This document shows, piece by piece, positions 36,057 to 45,408 of a DNA stretch of 64,000 nt. Source of the stretch: Candidatus Bipolaricaulota bacterium (GTDB lineage Bacteria > Bipolaricaulota > Bipolaricaulia > UBA7950 > UBA9294); NCBI GenBank assembly GCA_030606565.1, contig JAUWGE010000004.1, forward strand, positions 3,256-67,255, in the 5' to 3' direction. The translations under genes were made by a program, and so were the position numbers. The notes under the pieces are model-generated. The model ran no database searches and had not been told where the DNA came from. It saw nothing but the letters and a program-made list of their open reading frames with translations. Within the stretch, counting starts at the first letter, position 1; every line of letters starts with the position of its first letter.

Positions 36057-37409
36057 ATGACCGATAATCCCGTAATTATCTGGGAAACGATCCAGGCAAA
36101 CCTTCAGCAGGAAATTCCGCACGCCAGCTTTGAAACCTGGTTTGCGGAGGTACGTCCATTAAAGCTCTTGAACGGTTCTTTAGTGCTCAGCGCCCCCAAC
36201 GGTTTCATCAAGGGCGGTATCGAACGGCGTTACCTTCCCCTGCTGCAAAAGCTCGCTTCAGCCGCCTGCGGTCGGGAAATTCGTATTGCGTTCCGGGTTT
36301 CCGACAGTAATCTCAAGAGCTTGGATCCTCCCGTATTGATGCGTGAAGAAACGGCACGGATGGAACAACCACGAGATACCCTCCCACTTAACCCCCACTA
36401 TACCTTCGACTCATTTGTGCGAGGCAAGAACAATCAACTAGCGCATGCCGCCTCGATCGCTGTCGCTGAGAGACCAGGAAAGGCGTACAATCCTTTTTTC
36501 ATATATGGGAATGTCGGCCTGGGAAAGACTCACCTCCTACAGGCAATTGGGAACTTCTTGATCGCCTCCGATCTTTCCAAGACCGTGGTTTACACCACGT
36601 CGGAGCGGTTCGCCATCGAGCTTATCAATTCGATCCGCACCAATACTACCGCCTCTTTCCGTGAGAAATACCGGCGCATCGACCTTCTATTGATCGATGA
36701 TGTCCATTTCCTGGAAGGCAAAGAAGCGACTCAAGAGGAGCTATTCCACACGTTCAATGAGCTTTACGGAAGCGAAAAACAGATTGTCCTATCGAGCGAC
36801 CGCCCCCCAGAGGATCTCTCTGGCCTCCAAGAACGGCTGGTTTCCCGCTTCCGTTGGGGACTGGTCGCCGACATTCAACCTCCTGACTTAGAGACACGAA
36901 TCGCCATCTTGCGTAAGAAAGCGAATGACCGCGGCCTCATCGTCAACGATGACATCCTCGAACTCATCGCCAGCCGTATCTCCTCCAACGTTCGTGCCCT
37001 AGAAGGAGCACTGGTGAAGGCGATCGCGTACGCCGACTTACAAGGGGAAGACCTTACCCCGAAGAGCTTAGAGACCATGCTTCCTAAGGAAGGACAGCGA
37101 GAACGGCTCAATATCGCCCACATCAAGGAGGAGGTTGCCTCCCAATACCACCTGAAGCGCCATGATCTCGAGGGATCCAGCCGCAAGAAAGAGATCTCCC
37201 AGGCACGCCACATCGCCATCTACCTCGCCCGTGAGATGACCGACCACTCCTTCCCCGCCATCGGCAAGCAGTTTGGTAACCGCGATCATACAACGATCAT
37301 GCATTCCTACATGAAGATAAAAACGCTTATTCAGGAGGCCCCTCTCCTTTACTCCGAGATCCAGGAGATCCAGGAAAGCCTTGGTAGTCGATTTTCCCTC
37401 GTAGGTTAG
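36057..37409 (+). CDS. dnaA: chromosomal replication initiator protein DnaA
   Basis: 450-aa ORF with YTFDSFVRGKNNQLAHAA, Walker A GNVGLGKTHLLQAIGN, LLIDDVHFL, and C-terminal DNA-binding HIAIYLAREMTDHSFPAIGKQFGNRDHTTIMHS. Confidence 0.97.
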   Translation: MTDNPVIIWETIQANLQQEIPHASFETWFAEVRPLKLLNGSLVLSAPNGFIKGGIERRYLPLLQKLASAACGREIRIAFRVSDSNLKSLDPPVLMREETARMEQPRDTLPLNPHYTFDSFVRGKNNQLAHAASIAVAERPGKAYNPFFIYGNVGLGKTHLLQAIGNFLIASDLSKTVVYTTSERFAIELINSIRTNTTASFREKYRRIDLLLIDDVHFLEGKEATQEELFHTFNELYGSEKQIVLSSDRPPEDLSGLQERLVSRFRWGLVADIQPPDLETRIAILRKKANDRGLIVNDDILELIASRISSNVRALEGALVKAIAYADLQGEDLTPKSLETMLPKEGQRERLNIAHIKEEVASQYHLKRHDLEGSSRKKEISQARHIAIYLAREMTDHSFPAIGKQFGNRDHTTIMHSYMKIKTLIQEAPLLYSEIQEIQESLGSRFSLVG

Positions 37410-37464
37410 CGAAGATATCCTTTGGATAATGAACCAATCAAAGACGCAGCGGCGCTCAATTTCC

Positions 37465-37617
37465 TGTGGAGAACCCTGTGGAAAAGGTGCCAGAAAGTGG
37501 TGAAAAAGAACGGTTACCTGTGGAAAAGTCCTGTCTACAACAGAAGTAACTTTTCTCCACTACCAATGTACACTGTTTTCCACCTTTATAAACAGTCTTT
37601 CCACAAGAATTTCCACG
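37465..37617. promoter_or_regulatory. oriC part 2: DnaA-box cluster downstream of dnaA
   Basis: TGTGGAGAA (37465), TGTGGAAAA (37477, 37519), then TTCTCCACT (37553), TTTTCCACC (37576), CTTTCCACA (37597), ATTTCCACG (37609). The 3-reverse plus 4-forward layout matches the upstream cluster. Both clusters also share CTTTATAAACA (35851 and 37584). Confidence 0.65.
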
Positions 37618-37699
37618 GGGTAAAAGAAGAGAGCAACTGCAAGGGCAGCTGTTTTCCTCAAAGAGGCGAGAAGCCAACTACTACAGCAGGCTTTTCTTT

Positions 37700-38233
37700 A
37701 TGAACTGGGTAGAAGAAGTTCTTCGCAAGTGCAACCTGGGGAAAGACTACTCGCAACAGCGAGCACTTCTCTTTTGGGAAGACGTAGTCGGTGAACGGAT
37801 CGCGAGGCTTACTCGAGCTGAGCGCTTCACGGCTGGGACCTTAGTGGTCAACGTTACCTCCTCAACGGTCGCTCAAGAGCTCTCCTTCTTCAAGGGGCGC
37901 TATATCGAACGGATCAACGAACTCCTGGGTGAAGAAATTCTTCGAGAGATACGGTTTGTCCCAGGGAGATTCGAAAAGACGGTCCCCCGAAAACTCGGAG
38001 AGCCTTCTGCTTCTGACCGTGAAGCAGCGCGTGCAACGTTCTCCCAACTAATCGACCCGCAGCTCCGGCGTTCATTCGAACGGTTGTACCTTGCCTTGTT
38101 GCAACGCGAGAAGGCGCTCCTTGCTGGTGGGGCAAAGCGATGTCTGCGTTGCGGGGTGGTCTTCCGCGGGCAAGGGGAGACCTGCCCGGGATGTCGATTC
38201 GGCGGGATTGAGGATACGCAGAGAACGGACTAG
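37700..38233 (+). CDS. DUF721 (DciA-like) protein with a C-terminal zinc ribbon
   Basis: The N-terminal text ALLFWEDVVGERIARLTRAERFTAGTLVVNVTSSTVAQELSFFKGRYIERINELLG is the DUF721 pattern. The C-terminus carries CLRCG…CPGC. Confidence 0.7.
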   Translation: MNWVEEVLRKCNLGKDYSQQRALLFWEDVVGERIARLTRAERFTAGTLVVNVTSSTVAQELSFFKGRYIERINELLGEEILREIRFVPGRFEKTVPRKLGEPSASDREAARATFSQLIDPQLRRSFERLYLALLQREKALLAGGAKRCLRCGVVFRGQGETCPGCRFGGIEDTQRTD

Positions 38234-38243
38234 AATATTGCTT

Positions 38244-38789
38244 ATGCCTAATATTAAGGGTACCACCGTTATTGCTATACGTTCGGAGGCCGAACGGCGT
38301 GGTGTTGTTGCGAGCGACGGCCAAGCCACTCTCGAAACAACGGTGATCAAAAGCAATACCAAGAAGGTCTATCGTCTGTACGACGATCAGGTCCTTGTCG
38401 GGTTTGCCGGTGCCACCGCTGACTGCCTCACACTCCTTGACAAGTTTGAGGGGAAGCTGAAGAAGTACGACGGCCAGCTACGGCGTTCTGCCGTGGAACT
38501 GACCAAAGAGTGGCGCACCGATCGGATCCTACGGCAGCTAGAGGCGGTTTTGGTGACGGTGAGCGAGGACGGAATCCTGATGGTCTCCGGGGCGGGGGAC
38601 GTTCTCGAACCGGATGAGGGAGTGATCGGGATCGGCTCCGGCGGGGCATACGCCCTGGCTGCGGCGCGGGCGATCCTATCCGTGGCCAAGTTGCCGATCG
38701 TTGATGTCGCGCGTCAGTCGCTTGAGATCGCAGGCGCGATCGATATTTACACGAACCGAGAGATCACCCTGGAGGAAGTCTCCTGGTGA
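38244..38789 (+). CDS. hslV: ATP-dependent protease subunit HslV
   Basis: The start is set at MPNIKGTTVIAIRS (the Thr nucleophile region follows a short propeptide). GFAGATADCLTLLDKFE and GIGSGGAYALAAARA are present. Confidence 0.9.
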   Translation: MPNIKGTTVIAIRSEAERRGVVASDGQATLETTVIKSNTKKVYRLYDDQVLVGFAGATADCLTLLDKFEGKLKKYDGQLRRSAVELTKEWRTDRILRQLEAVLVTVSEDGILMVSGAGDVLEPDEGVIGIGSGGAYALAAARAILSVAKLPIVDVARQSLEIAGAIDIYTNREITLEEVSW

Positions 38790-38800
38790 GGGGGGAAGAA

Positions 38801-40165
38801 ATGAGCATCCTCGTGGAGGTATCTGGCGATGCGCTGAGTGGCTTGACCCCACCGCAGATCGTTGCCGAACTTGACAAGTACATCGTTGGTCAAAAAGAGG
38901 CGAAACGCTCGGTGGCGATCGCCCTGCGTAACCGGATGCGGCGCCAACTGGTCGAGGGTGATATCCGCGAGGAGATCAAGCCGAAGAACATCCTGATGAT
39001 CGGGCCAACTGGGGTAGGGAAGACCGAGATCTCGCGCCGGCTGGCCCGGCTTACCACCTGCCCGTTCGTCAAGGTGGAAGCGACAAAGTTCACTGAGGTC
39101 GGCTACGTGGGGCGCGACGTTGAGTCGATGGTGCGCGATCTGGTCAATATGGCAATCGACATGGTCCGTGAGGAGGAGATCCTCCGGGTGGAAGAAGCAG
39201 CGGAGGAAATCGTGACCGAAGAGGTCCTGGATACGCTTCTCCCGATTTCCGAGAGCGACCCAGAGCGGGAAGAAAGCGCGAAGAAGACACGGGAGAAGCT
39301 TCGAGGAAAGCTCCTCGCAGGTGACCTCGAAGAGCGTTACATCGAGATTACGGTTGAGGAACAGGTGATCCCCCAGGTGGAGGTCTTCTCGCAGGATGGG
39401 ATGGACCAGATGGGGATCGACATGGGGGATATGCTCTCTGGTCTGCTTCCGCCTTCGCGCAAGAAGCGGCGGCTTCGGATCCGCGACGCCAGGCCGGTCT
39501 TGTTTGAGCAGGTGGTCGATAACCTGGTCAACATGGAGGACGTGCGGCAGCGCGGGCTGCGCCTGGCTGAGGAAATGGGGATCATCTTTCTGGACGAGAT
39601 CGATAAGGTCGCTGCCGGCGGGAGGGAGGAGACCGGAGGCCCCGGGGTTTCCCGCCAGGGAGTGCAACGTGACCTACTACCACTCCTCGAGGGGACGAGC
39701 GTGCGCACTCGCTACGGAACTGTCACCACTGAGAATGTCCTGTTCATCGCCGCTGGCGCGTTTACCATGTCCAAGCCGTCCGATTTGATCCCCGAACTGC
39801 AGGGGCGTCTCCCAATCCGTGTGGAACTTCACAGCCTCACCGCCGCGGACTTCGAGAGGATCCTGTGTGAGCCGAAGGACGCGCTCACTAAGCAGTACCA
39901 GGCCCTCCTTACTGTAGAAGGGATTGGACTTAAGTTCGACGCGGGGGCGATTGACGAGATCGCCCACATTGCCTACGAGCTTAATCAAACGACCGAGAAT
40001 ATCGGGGCACGCCGGCTGGCCACGGTGATGGCAAAGCTGATGGAGGAGATCTCATTTAAAGCTGACAGTCGCAAGGGTGAGAAGATCGTGATCGATCGTG
40101 ATTACGTGATTGAGCGCCTTGCCGGGATCGTCGAGGATCCGAACCTGTCGCGGTATATCCTCTAG
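38801..40165 (+). CDS. hslU: ATP-dependent protease ATPase subunit HslU
   Basis: LTPPQIVAELDKYIVGQKEAKRSVAIALRNR, Walker A GPTGVGKTEISRRLA, GIIFLDEIDK and a C-terminal SRYIL-type tail. Confidence 0.95.
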   Translation: MSILVEVSGDALSGLTPPQIVAELDKYIVGQKEAKRSVAIALRNRMRRQLVEGDIREEIKPKNILMIGPTGVGKTEISRRLARLTTCPFVKVEATKFTEVGYVGRDVESMVRDLVNMAIDMVREEEILRVEEAAEEIVTEEVLDTLLPISESDPEREESAKKTREKLRGKLLAGDLEERYIEITVEEQVIPQVEVFSQDGMDQMGIDMGDMLSGLLPPSRKKRRLRIRDARPVLFEQVVDNLVNMEDVRQRGLRLAEEMGIIFLDEIDKVAAGGREETGGPGVSRQGVQRDLLPLLEGTSVRTRYGTVTTENVLFIAAGAFTMSKPSDLIPELQGRLPIRVELHSLTAADFERILCEPKDALTKQYQALLTVEGIGLKFDAGAIDEIAHIAYELNQTTENIGARRLATVMAKLMEEISFKADSRKGEKIVIDRDYVIERLAGIVEDPNLSRYIL

Positions 40166-40255
40166 CCAAGAAAGTGGCCTTACCTCCGAGCTAAGCGTTG
40201 TGTCGGAGATGCCCGTCTTGGTAACATATCGTATTTCTTGAAAAGGGGGAGTAGT

Positions 40256-42175
40256 ATGATCCACGTCTCTTTGCCGGACGGGTCCAAAAGAGAGGTCGCT
40301 TCCGGGACCTCGATCCTCGAGGTCGCAGAAGCGATCGGCCCGCGTCTTTTCAAAGACGCGGTGTGTGCGTTTGTCGACGGGAGGCTGCGCGATTTGCGCG
40401 AGACTCTCACCACGGACTGCACCCTGACGCTCGTCACTACGGGGGCTCCGCAGGCGCTTGAGGTCCTGCGCCATACGACGACGCACATCATGGCCCAGGC
40501 GGTGAAGAGGCTCTTCCCGGAGGTGAAGCTCGGGATTGGGCCGGCGATCAAGGACGGGTTCTACTACGACTTCGAGCTTTCCCAGACGTTCAGCCCCGAA
40601 GACCTCTCCCGCATCGAGTCAGAGATGCGGAAGATCGTCGCAGAAGACCTCCAAATCGAGCGGATGGAGGTTTCTAAGGGAGACGCACGGTCTCTTCTCA
40701 TCCGCCGCGGTGAGGACCTGAAGCTCGAGCTTCTGGAGGAGATCGAGGGTGAGACGATGACTTTGTATGAACAGGGGGAGTTTGTCGACCTGTGCCGCGG
40801 GCCGCACCTTCGTTCCACCGGGCAGGTGCAGCACTTCAAGCTTACCAGCGTGGCCGGTGCCTACTGGCACGCAGATCCCACAGCAACGATGTTGCAGCGG
40901 ATCTACGGAACCTCGTTTTTCTCCGCCGAGGAGCTCAAGGAACATCTGCGGCGTATTGAGGAGGCCAAGGCACGTGACCATCGGAAGCTGGGTCGTGAGC
41001 TCGACCTGTACAGTGTGCACGAGGAGGTCGGCCCAGGCCTGGCTCACTGGCACCCAAAAGGGGCGCGCATTCGCCATGAGATAGAGAAGTTCTGGACGGA
41101 TGAGCATTACAGGGCAGGCTACGAGCTTGTCTACACCCCGCACATTGGACGAGCGGACCTGTGGGAGCGAAGTGGGCACCTTGACTTCTATCGGGAGGCG
41201 ATGTATGCCCCGATGGACGTAGAGGGGCAGGAGTACTTCCTAAAGCCGATGAACTGTCCATTTCACATTATGGTCTATAAGAGCCGCTCCCGCAGTTACC
41301 GCGAGCTTCCGATCCGCTTAGCCGAGCTGGGTACGGTCTACCGCTACGAGCGCAGTGGGGTGCTGCATGGGCTTTTGCGCGTGCGCGGGTTCACCCAGGA
41401 CGATGCACATATCATCTGCCAGCCGGAGCGTATCGAGGATGAGATCGAGAAGGTGTTGCGTTTCTCCATCCACTTGTTGAGCGCGTTCGGGTTCGATGAG
41501 CTTGCTGTCTTCCTCTCTACGCGGCCCGAGAAGTACGTCGGCGATCCTGCCGATTGGGAGCGGGCGACCGAATCTTTGAGACATGCCGTGGAGGCATGTG
41601 GGGTAGAGTACACGGTGAAGCCGGGGGAAGGGGCGTTCTACGGCCCGAAGATTGACATCGACGTGCGCGACAGCCTGGGACGAAGCTGGCAATTGACCAC
41701 GATCCAGTTTGACTTCAACCTTCCCGAACGGTTCGATATGGCCTACGTTGGCGAGGACGGGAAGCCACACAGGCCGTATATGGTCCATCGGGCACTTCTG
41801 GGCGCGCTGGAGCGGTTCTTTGGAATTCTGATCGAGCACTACGGTGGTGCCTTCCCTGTCTGGCTCGCCCCAGTGCAGGCGGTCGTCCTCCCTGTCACCG
41901 AGGAAATGAACGACTACGCCGAGAAGGTAAAACAGGCCCTGGTGAAAGCGGGGATTCGTGCCGAGGCCTGGAGCGACCGCAGCCGCACCCTGAACTACCT
42001 GATTCGCCAGGCACAACTTGAGAAAATCCCTTACATGTTGATCGTCGGTGAGCGAGAGAAGGAGGAAGGAACTGTCTCCCTGAGGCTGCGCACCGAGGAA
42101 GACCTTGGTCCAAGGCCACTCTCAGAGTTCGTTGCCATGGTCGAGGAGAAGGTAAAAAGCAAAGAACTCCTGTAG
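40256..42175 (+). CDS. thrS: threonine--tRNA ligase
   Basis: TGS domain (IHVSLPDGSKREVASGTSILEVAEAI), editing-domain HxxxH (LRHTTTHIMAQAV), class II core (FYREAMY…MNCPFHI…RGFTQDDAHIF-like) and an anticodon-binding C-terminus. ATG 40256 follows AAGGGGGAG. Confidence 0.95.
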   Translation: MIHVSLPDGSKREVASGTSILEVAEAIGPRLFKDAVCAFVDGRLRDLRETLTTDCTLTLVTTGAPQALEVLRHTTTHIMAQAVKRLFPEVKLGIGPAIKDGFYYDFELSQTFSPEDLSRIESEMRKIVAEDLQIERMEVSKGDARSLLIRRGEDLKLELLEEIEGETMTLYEQGEFVDLCRGPHLRSTGQVQHFKLTSVAGAYWHADPTATMLQRIYGTSFFSAEELKEHLRRIEEAKARDHRKLGRELDLYSVHEEVGPGLAHWHPKGARIRHEIEKFWTDEHYRAGYELVYTPHIGRADLWERSGHLDFYREAMYAPMDVEGQEYFLKPMNCPFHIMVYKSRSRSYRELPIRLAELGTVYRYERSGVLHGLLRVRGFTQDDAHIICQPERIEDEIEKVLRFSIHLLSAFGFDELAVFLSTRPEKYVGDPADWERATESLRHAVEACGVEYTVKPGEGAFYGPKIDIDVRDSLGRSWQLTTIQFDFNLPERFDMAYVGEDGKPHRPYMVHRALLGALERFFGILIEHYGGAFPVWLAPVQAVVLPVTEEMNDYAEKVKQALVKAGIRAEAWSDRSRTLNYLIRQAQLEKIPYMLIVGEREKEEGTVSLRLRTEEDLGPRPLSEFVAMVEEKVKSKELL

Positions 42176-42196
42176 CGTAACGGCCTATAACGTGTT

Positions 42197-43396
42197 TTAG
42201 GCAATCTTTGCAGAGTGCGGTAGGGCCTGCTTTAGCTCCTCGATTCGATCGGTTCTTTCCCACGTGGGATGAAGGTCGGTCCGGCCAAAGTGACCGTAGC
42301 AGGAGAACGGCTCGTAGATAGGTTTAAGTAGGTCCAGCCGATCGATGATCGCACCGGGACGGAAATCGAACACCTTAAGGACGGCTTGGCGCAGCCGGTC
42401 GTCCGGTGCAGTGCCTGTGCCATAGGTATTGATATTGACGGTGAGTGGGGCAGCACGGCCGATTGCGTAAGCAATCCGGATCTCCACCTTGCGTGCCAAA
42501 CCAGCGGCAACGACGTTCTTCGCCACATAGCGGGCCATGTATGAACCGGAGCGGTCGACCTTGGTCGGATCCTTCCCGGAGAACGCCCCTCCGCCGTGGG
42601 AACCATATCCTCCATAGGTGTCGACGATGATTTTACGACCGGTCATTCCGGTGTCCGAGGCCGGTCCCCCAATTACGAATCTCCCTGAGGAATTGACGAG
42701 GATCAAGGTCTCTTTGTCAATCCAGTTATCTAAAACCGGAAGGATCACGCACTTTGTAATATCCCCCCGCAGCTTTTCCTGGTCGACCTCTGGGTCGTGT
42801 TGAGCAGCGATAAGCGCTGTAGTGGCACGAAGGGGGCGAGAATCCTCGTATTCGATCGTTACTTGCGACTTTCCGTCCGGTCGCAGGTAAGGCAGTGTCC
42901 CGTCCTGGCGCACTACTGCCAGGCGTTTACTCAAGCGGTGGGCGAGGATGATGGGAAGCGGCATCAGTTCCTCGGTGGAAGAGCAGGCGTATCCGTACAT
43001 GATCCCCTGATCCCCGGCACCGATAACATCGTATGGATCCTTTGCGACCCCATTTCGCGCCTCTTTTGCCTTTCTTACGGCGGCTGCGATGTCGGTAGAT
43101 TGCTCCTTGATCGCCGAGAGGACGGCGCAGTCTCGATGATTGAATCCATAGTCCGCTTTGTCGTAGCCGACCTTCGCGACCACGTTGCGGGCGATGCGAT
43201 CGATGTCAGCGAAGGCCTCGGTGGAGATCTCTCCCCCTACAAGAACGAGGCCGGTGGTGAGGAAGGTCTCGCAGGCTACGTGTGCCTTCCGATCCTTTGC
43301 TAAGACAGCGTCCAAGACGGCATCAGAGATTCGATCGGCCATCTTGTCCGGGTGACCTTCGGTCACCGACTCCGATGTAAGAAACCCTCTTGCCAT
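42197..43396 (-). CDS. metK: S-adenosylmethionine synthase
   Basis: The start is set at MARGFLTSESVTEGHPDKMADRISD (ATG 43396, preceded by GGAGGGAG). GAGDQGIMYGYA and …GGGAFSGKDPTKVDRS are present. The 45-codon extension in the ORF track is rejected. Confidence 0.95.
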   Translation of the reverse strand: MARGFLTSESVTEGHPDKMADRISDAVLDAVLAKDRKAHVACETFLTTGLVLVGGEISTEAFADIDRIARNVVAKVGYDKADYGFNHRDCAVLSAIKEQSTDIAAAVRKAKEARNGVAKDPYDVIGAGDQGIMYGYACSSTEELMPLPIILAHRLSKRLAVVRQDGTLPYLRPDGKSQVTIEYEDSRPLRATTALIAAQHDPEVDQEKLRGDITKCVILPVLDNWIDKETLILVNSSGRFVIGGPASDTGMTGRKIIVDTYGGYGSHGGGAFSGKDPTKVDRSGSYMARYVAKNVVAAGLARKVEIRIAYAIGRAAPLTVNINTYGTGTAPDDRLRQAVLKVFDFRPGAIIDRLDLLKPIYEPFSCYGHFGRTDLHPTWERTDRIEELKQALPHSAKIA

Positions 43397-43577
43397 ACTC
43401 CCTCCTCTCTTTAGCATAAATCCTAGCCTCGTTCGGCATCCGTCGCAAGGCGTGAGAGGTTGCACGCGGTGCGGTGTTCGTGCCAGCGCTTTCGCATTGC
43501 AGCACAGAGCTAACGGGAACATTCCCGGCACGCTTGCGTTGACCCCTTTCTTGAGGAGGGTTGACAGGTAAACGATT

Positions 43578-44890
43578 ATGAACAGAGACTCTTTACTTGC
43601 TGTTGTTGCCGAATGGTTGGAAGAGATCGCGCTCCCGCCCCTCGTCCGACGTCAGGTTTTCCCGGTTGACCCAGACCATCTCAAGCACATCCTGGCCATT
43701 GTTGGGCCAAGACGTGCCGGCAAGACGTACTTCATGTATCAACTCATCCAATCTTTGCTGGATACAGGCAACTGGGCCAAACAGGACATTCTGTTTGTGG
43801 ATTTCGAGGACTACCGCCTGAGTGGATTCTTAGCAGAGGATCTGGATGAACTCCTTGCCGCATTCCAGCAGTTCACCGGCCAGTACCCCCGCTTTCTGTT
43901 TTTCGACGAGGTTCAGCATATACCCGAGTGGGGACAAGTCTTGCGAACGCTCCATAATCGTCGCCGGTTCAAGATCATCGTCTCCGGCAGCAATTCGCAG
44001 CTTCTGAGCCAGGAGGTCGTTACAGAGCTCCGTGGCCGGTACAAGGAATCAGGATGTTGCCGTTTTCCTTTGTGGAGTACTTACGCTACAGGGAGATATC
44101 GTACAGCTTGGCCACCTTTCACACCCCGGCTCGGGGGAAAATTGTTGCCGCGTTTGAAGAATACCTCAAGTACGGTGGGTTTCCTGAAGTCGTCATGCTC
44201 AGAGTTCCTTCTAAAATGCGTAAGCTCCTTCAATCTTACTTCCACACAATCTTCTACCGTGATATTCTCGAACGTTACCACATCAAGGCCAGATACGTCC
44301 TCGATGCGCTCATGCGTGAAATCCTTGAGGCCTTCTCAGAAACATTTTCCATAGGTCAGTTTGAGAAACAGCTCAAGAATAACGATCTTCCAGGTAGCAA
44401 GCGAACAATCGCCAACTACCTGCATTACCTTCAGGAAGCTTTCTTCATCATCGCAAACGACAAGTTTGCGTACTCACCCCGGCGCCGGATCATGAACCCC
44501 AAGAAGGTCTACCTCATGGACACCGGTCTTGCCGCACTCGGCCGTCCTTTTTCTGAGAATCGGGGGAAGGTGCTCGAAAACCTAGTTGCGATTGAGTTGT
44601 ATCGGCGTGGGCAAGAGACCTACTACTTCAAGGATCGGAACGAGTGCGACTTCATCGTGAAGGCAGGCCCCCGACCTACGGAAGCCATACAGGTCTGTTG
44701 GAAGCTTACGCCCCGCAACGAGAAGCGGGAACTTGCCGGACTGGCAGAGGCGCTCCGGACCCTTGAGCTTACAACCGGTACGATTCTTACATTCGCCAGG
44801 CCGGTGAAAGGGAGATGGCTGGTCAAGCAATACAGGTTCAACCGGTTTGGCGCTGGTTGCTCGATGAGAACGCAGAGTAGGATACCGTAA
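43578..44890 (+). pseudogene. AAA-ATPase (AAA_14 plus DUF4143 family), interrupted by a frameshift near 44045-44055
   Basis: ORF 43578-44354 carries Walker A GPRRAGKTY, Walker B FLFFDEVQ and …ELRGRYKE, then turns to junk. The family sequence continues in ORF 44054-44890 (MLPFSFVEYL…FPEV…YFHTIFYRDI…), which lies in another frame. Confidence 0.7.
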
Positions 44891-45408
44891 GGATATTCAA
44901 TGGGCCCAGGGGGCAGCACAATCCGGTGCAAATCAGGCTTCACATCGAGGGGGAGAATCCTGTACAATAGGCGAGTAAACGGGAGAGGATGAGGAAAAGC
45001 GTGCGCGAAGAAGGGACCTATGTATCAGACGGAAAGGGCGAGACTGTGAGGCTGGGGGCGCAACAAGCCATCACAAGAGAGGTTGATGCTCCGAATCTGA
45101 AGGAGAATCCTTACAGGTCGCTTTTTTTGAGGAGACAATCATCAAATCAAGGAAGAGGTCCGGGAGAACGTAAAGGGGGTTGAAATTTGATGTTTAACAA
45201 ATGGGAAGCAAAGCGGAGGAGAGAGAATCTGGCACAAGTCGTGCCGAAGTTGTGCAAGAGTGTATTGCACAAATGATTGAGCAAGCTAAGAACTTGAGTA
45301 CTAGCGCGATACCTCAAATCCGAGGTAAGGAAGGAATGGCAGAAAAGGGTAGCAGAAGCAGGTCACCGCAATCTGCGATGACCCCGTGCCGGAAGAGTGG
45401 GGCGTTGT

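Noticed and set aside
38747-39667. 306-aa minus-strand ORF, plus many other long antisense ORFs (for example 5168-5701, 8351-9031, 17552-18058, 41318-42016, 45301-45990, 51913-52578).
   Set aside because: Each lies opposite a gene with unmistakable family motifs (hslU, uvrC, thrS and so on). Long shadow ORFs are expected in GC-rich coding DNA.
40166-40255. T-box leader upstream of thrS.
   Set aside because: The intergenic space is only about 90 nt. That is too short for a T-box, and no T-box sequence (AANNNGGGTGGTACCGCG-like) is present.
43397-43531. 45-codon N-terminal extension of metK.
   Set aside because: MetK families start at M..FLFTSESV.EGHPDK. A strong SD precedes the internal ATG 43396.
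43397-43560. Specific call of a SAM-I (S-box) riboswitch upstream of metK.
   Set aside because: I could not find the conserved S-box core elements by eye. The region is kept only as an unclassified structured leader.
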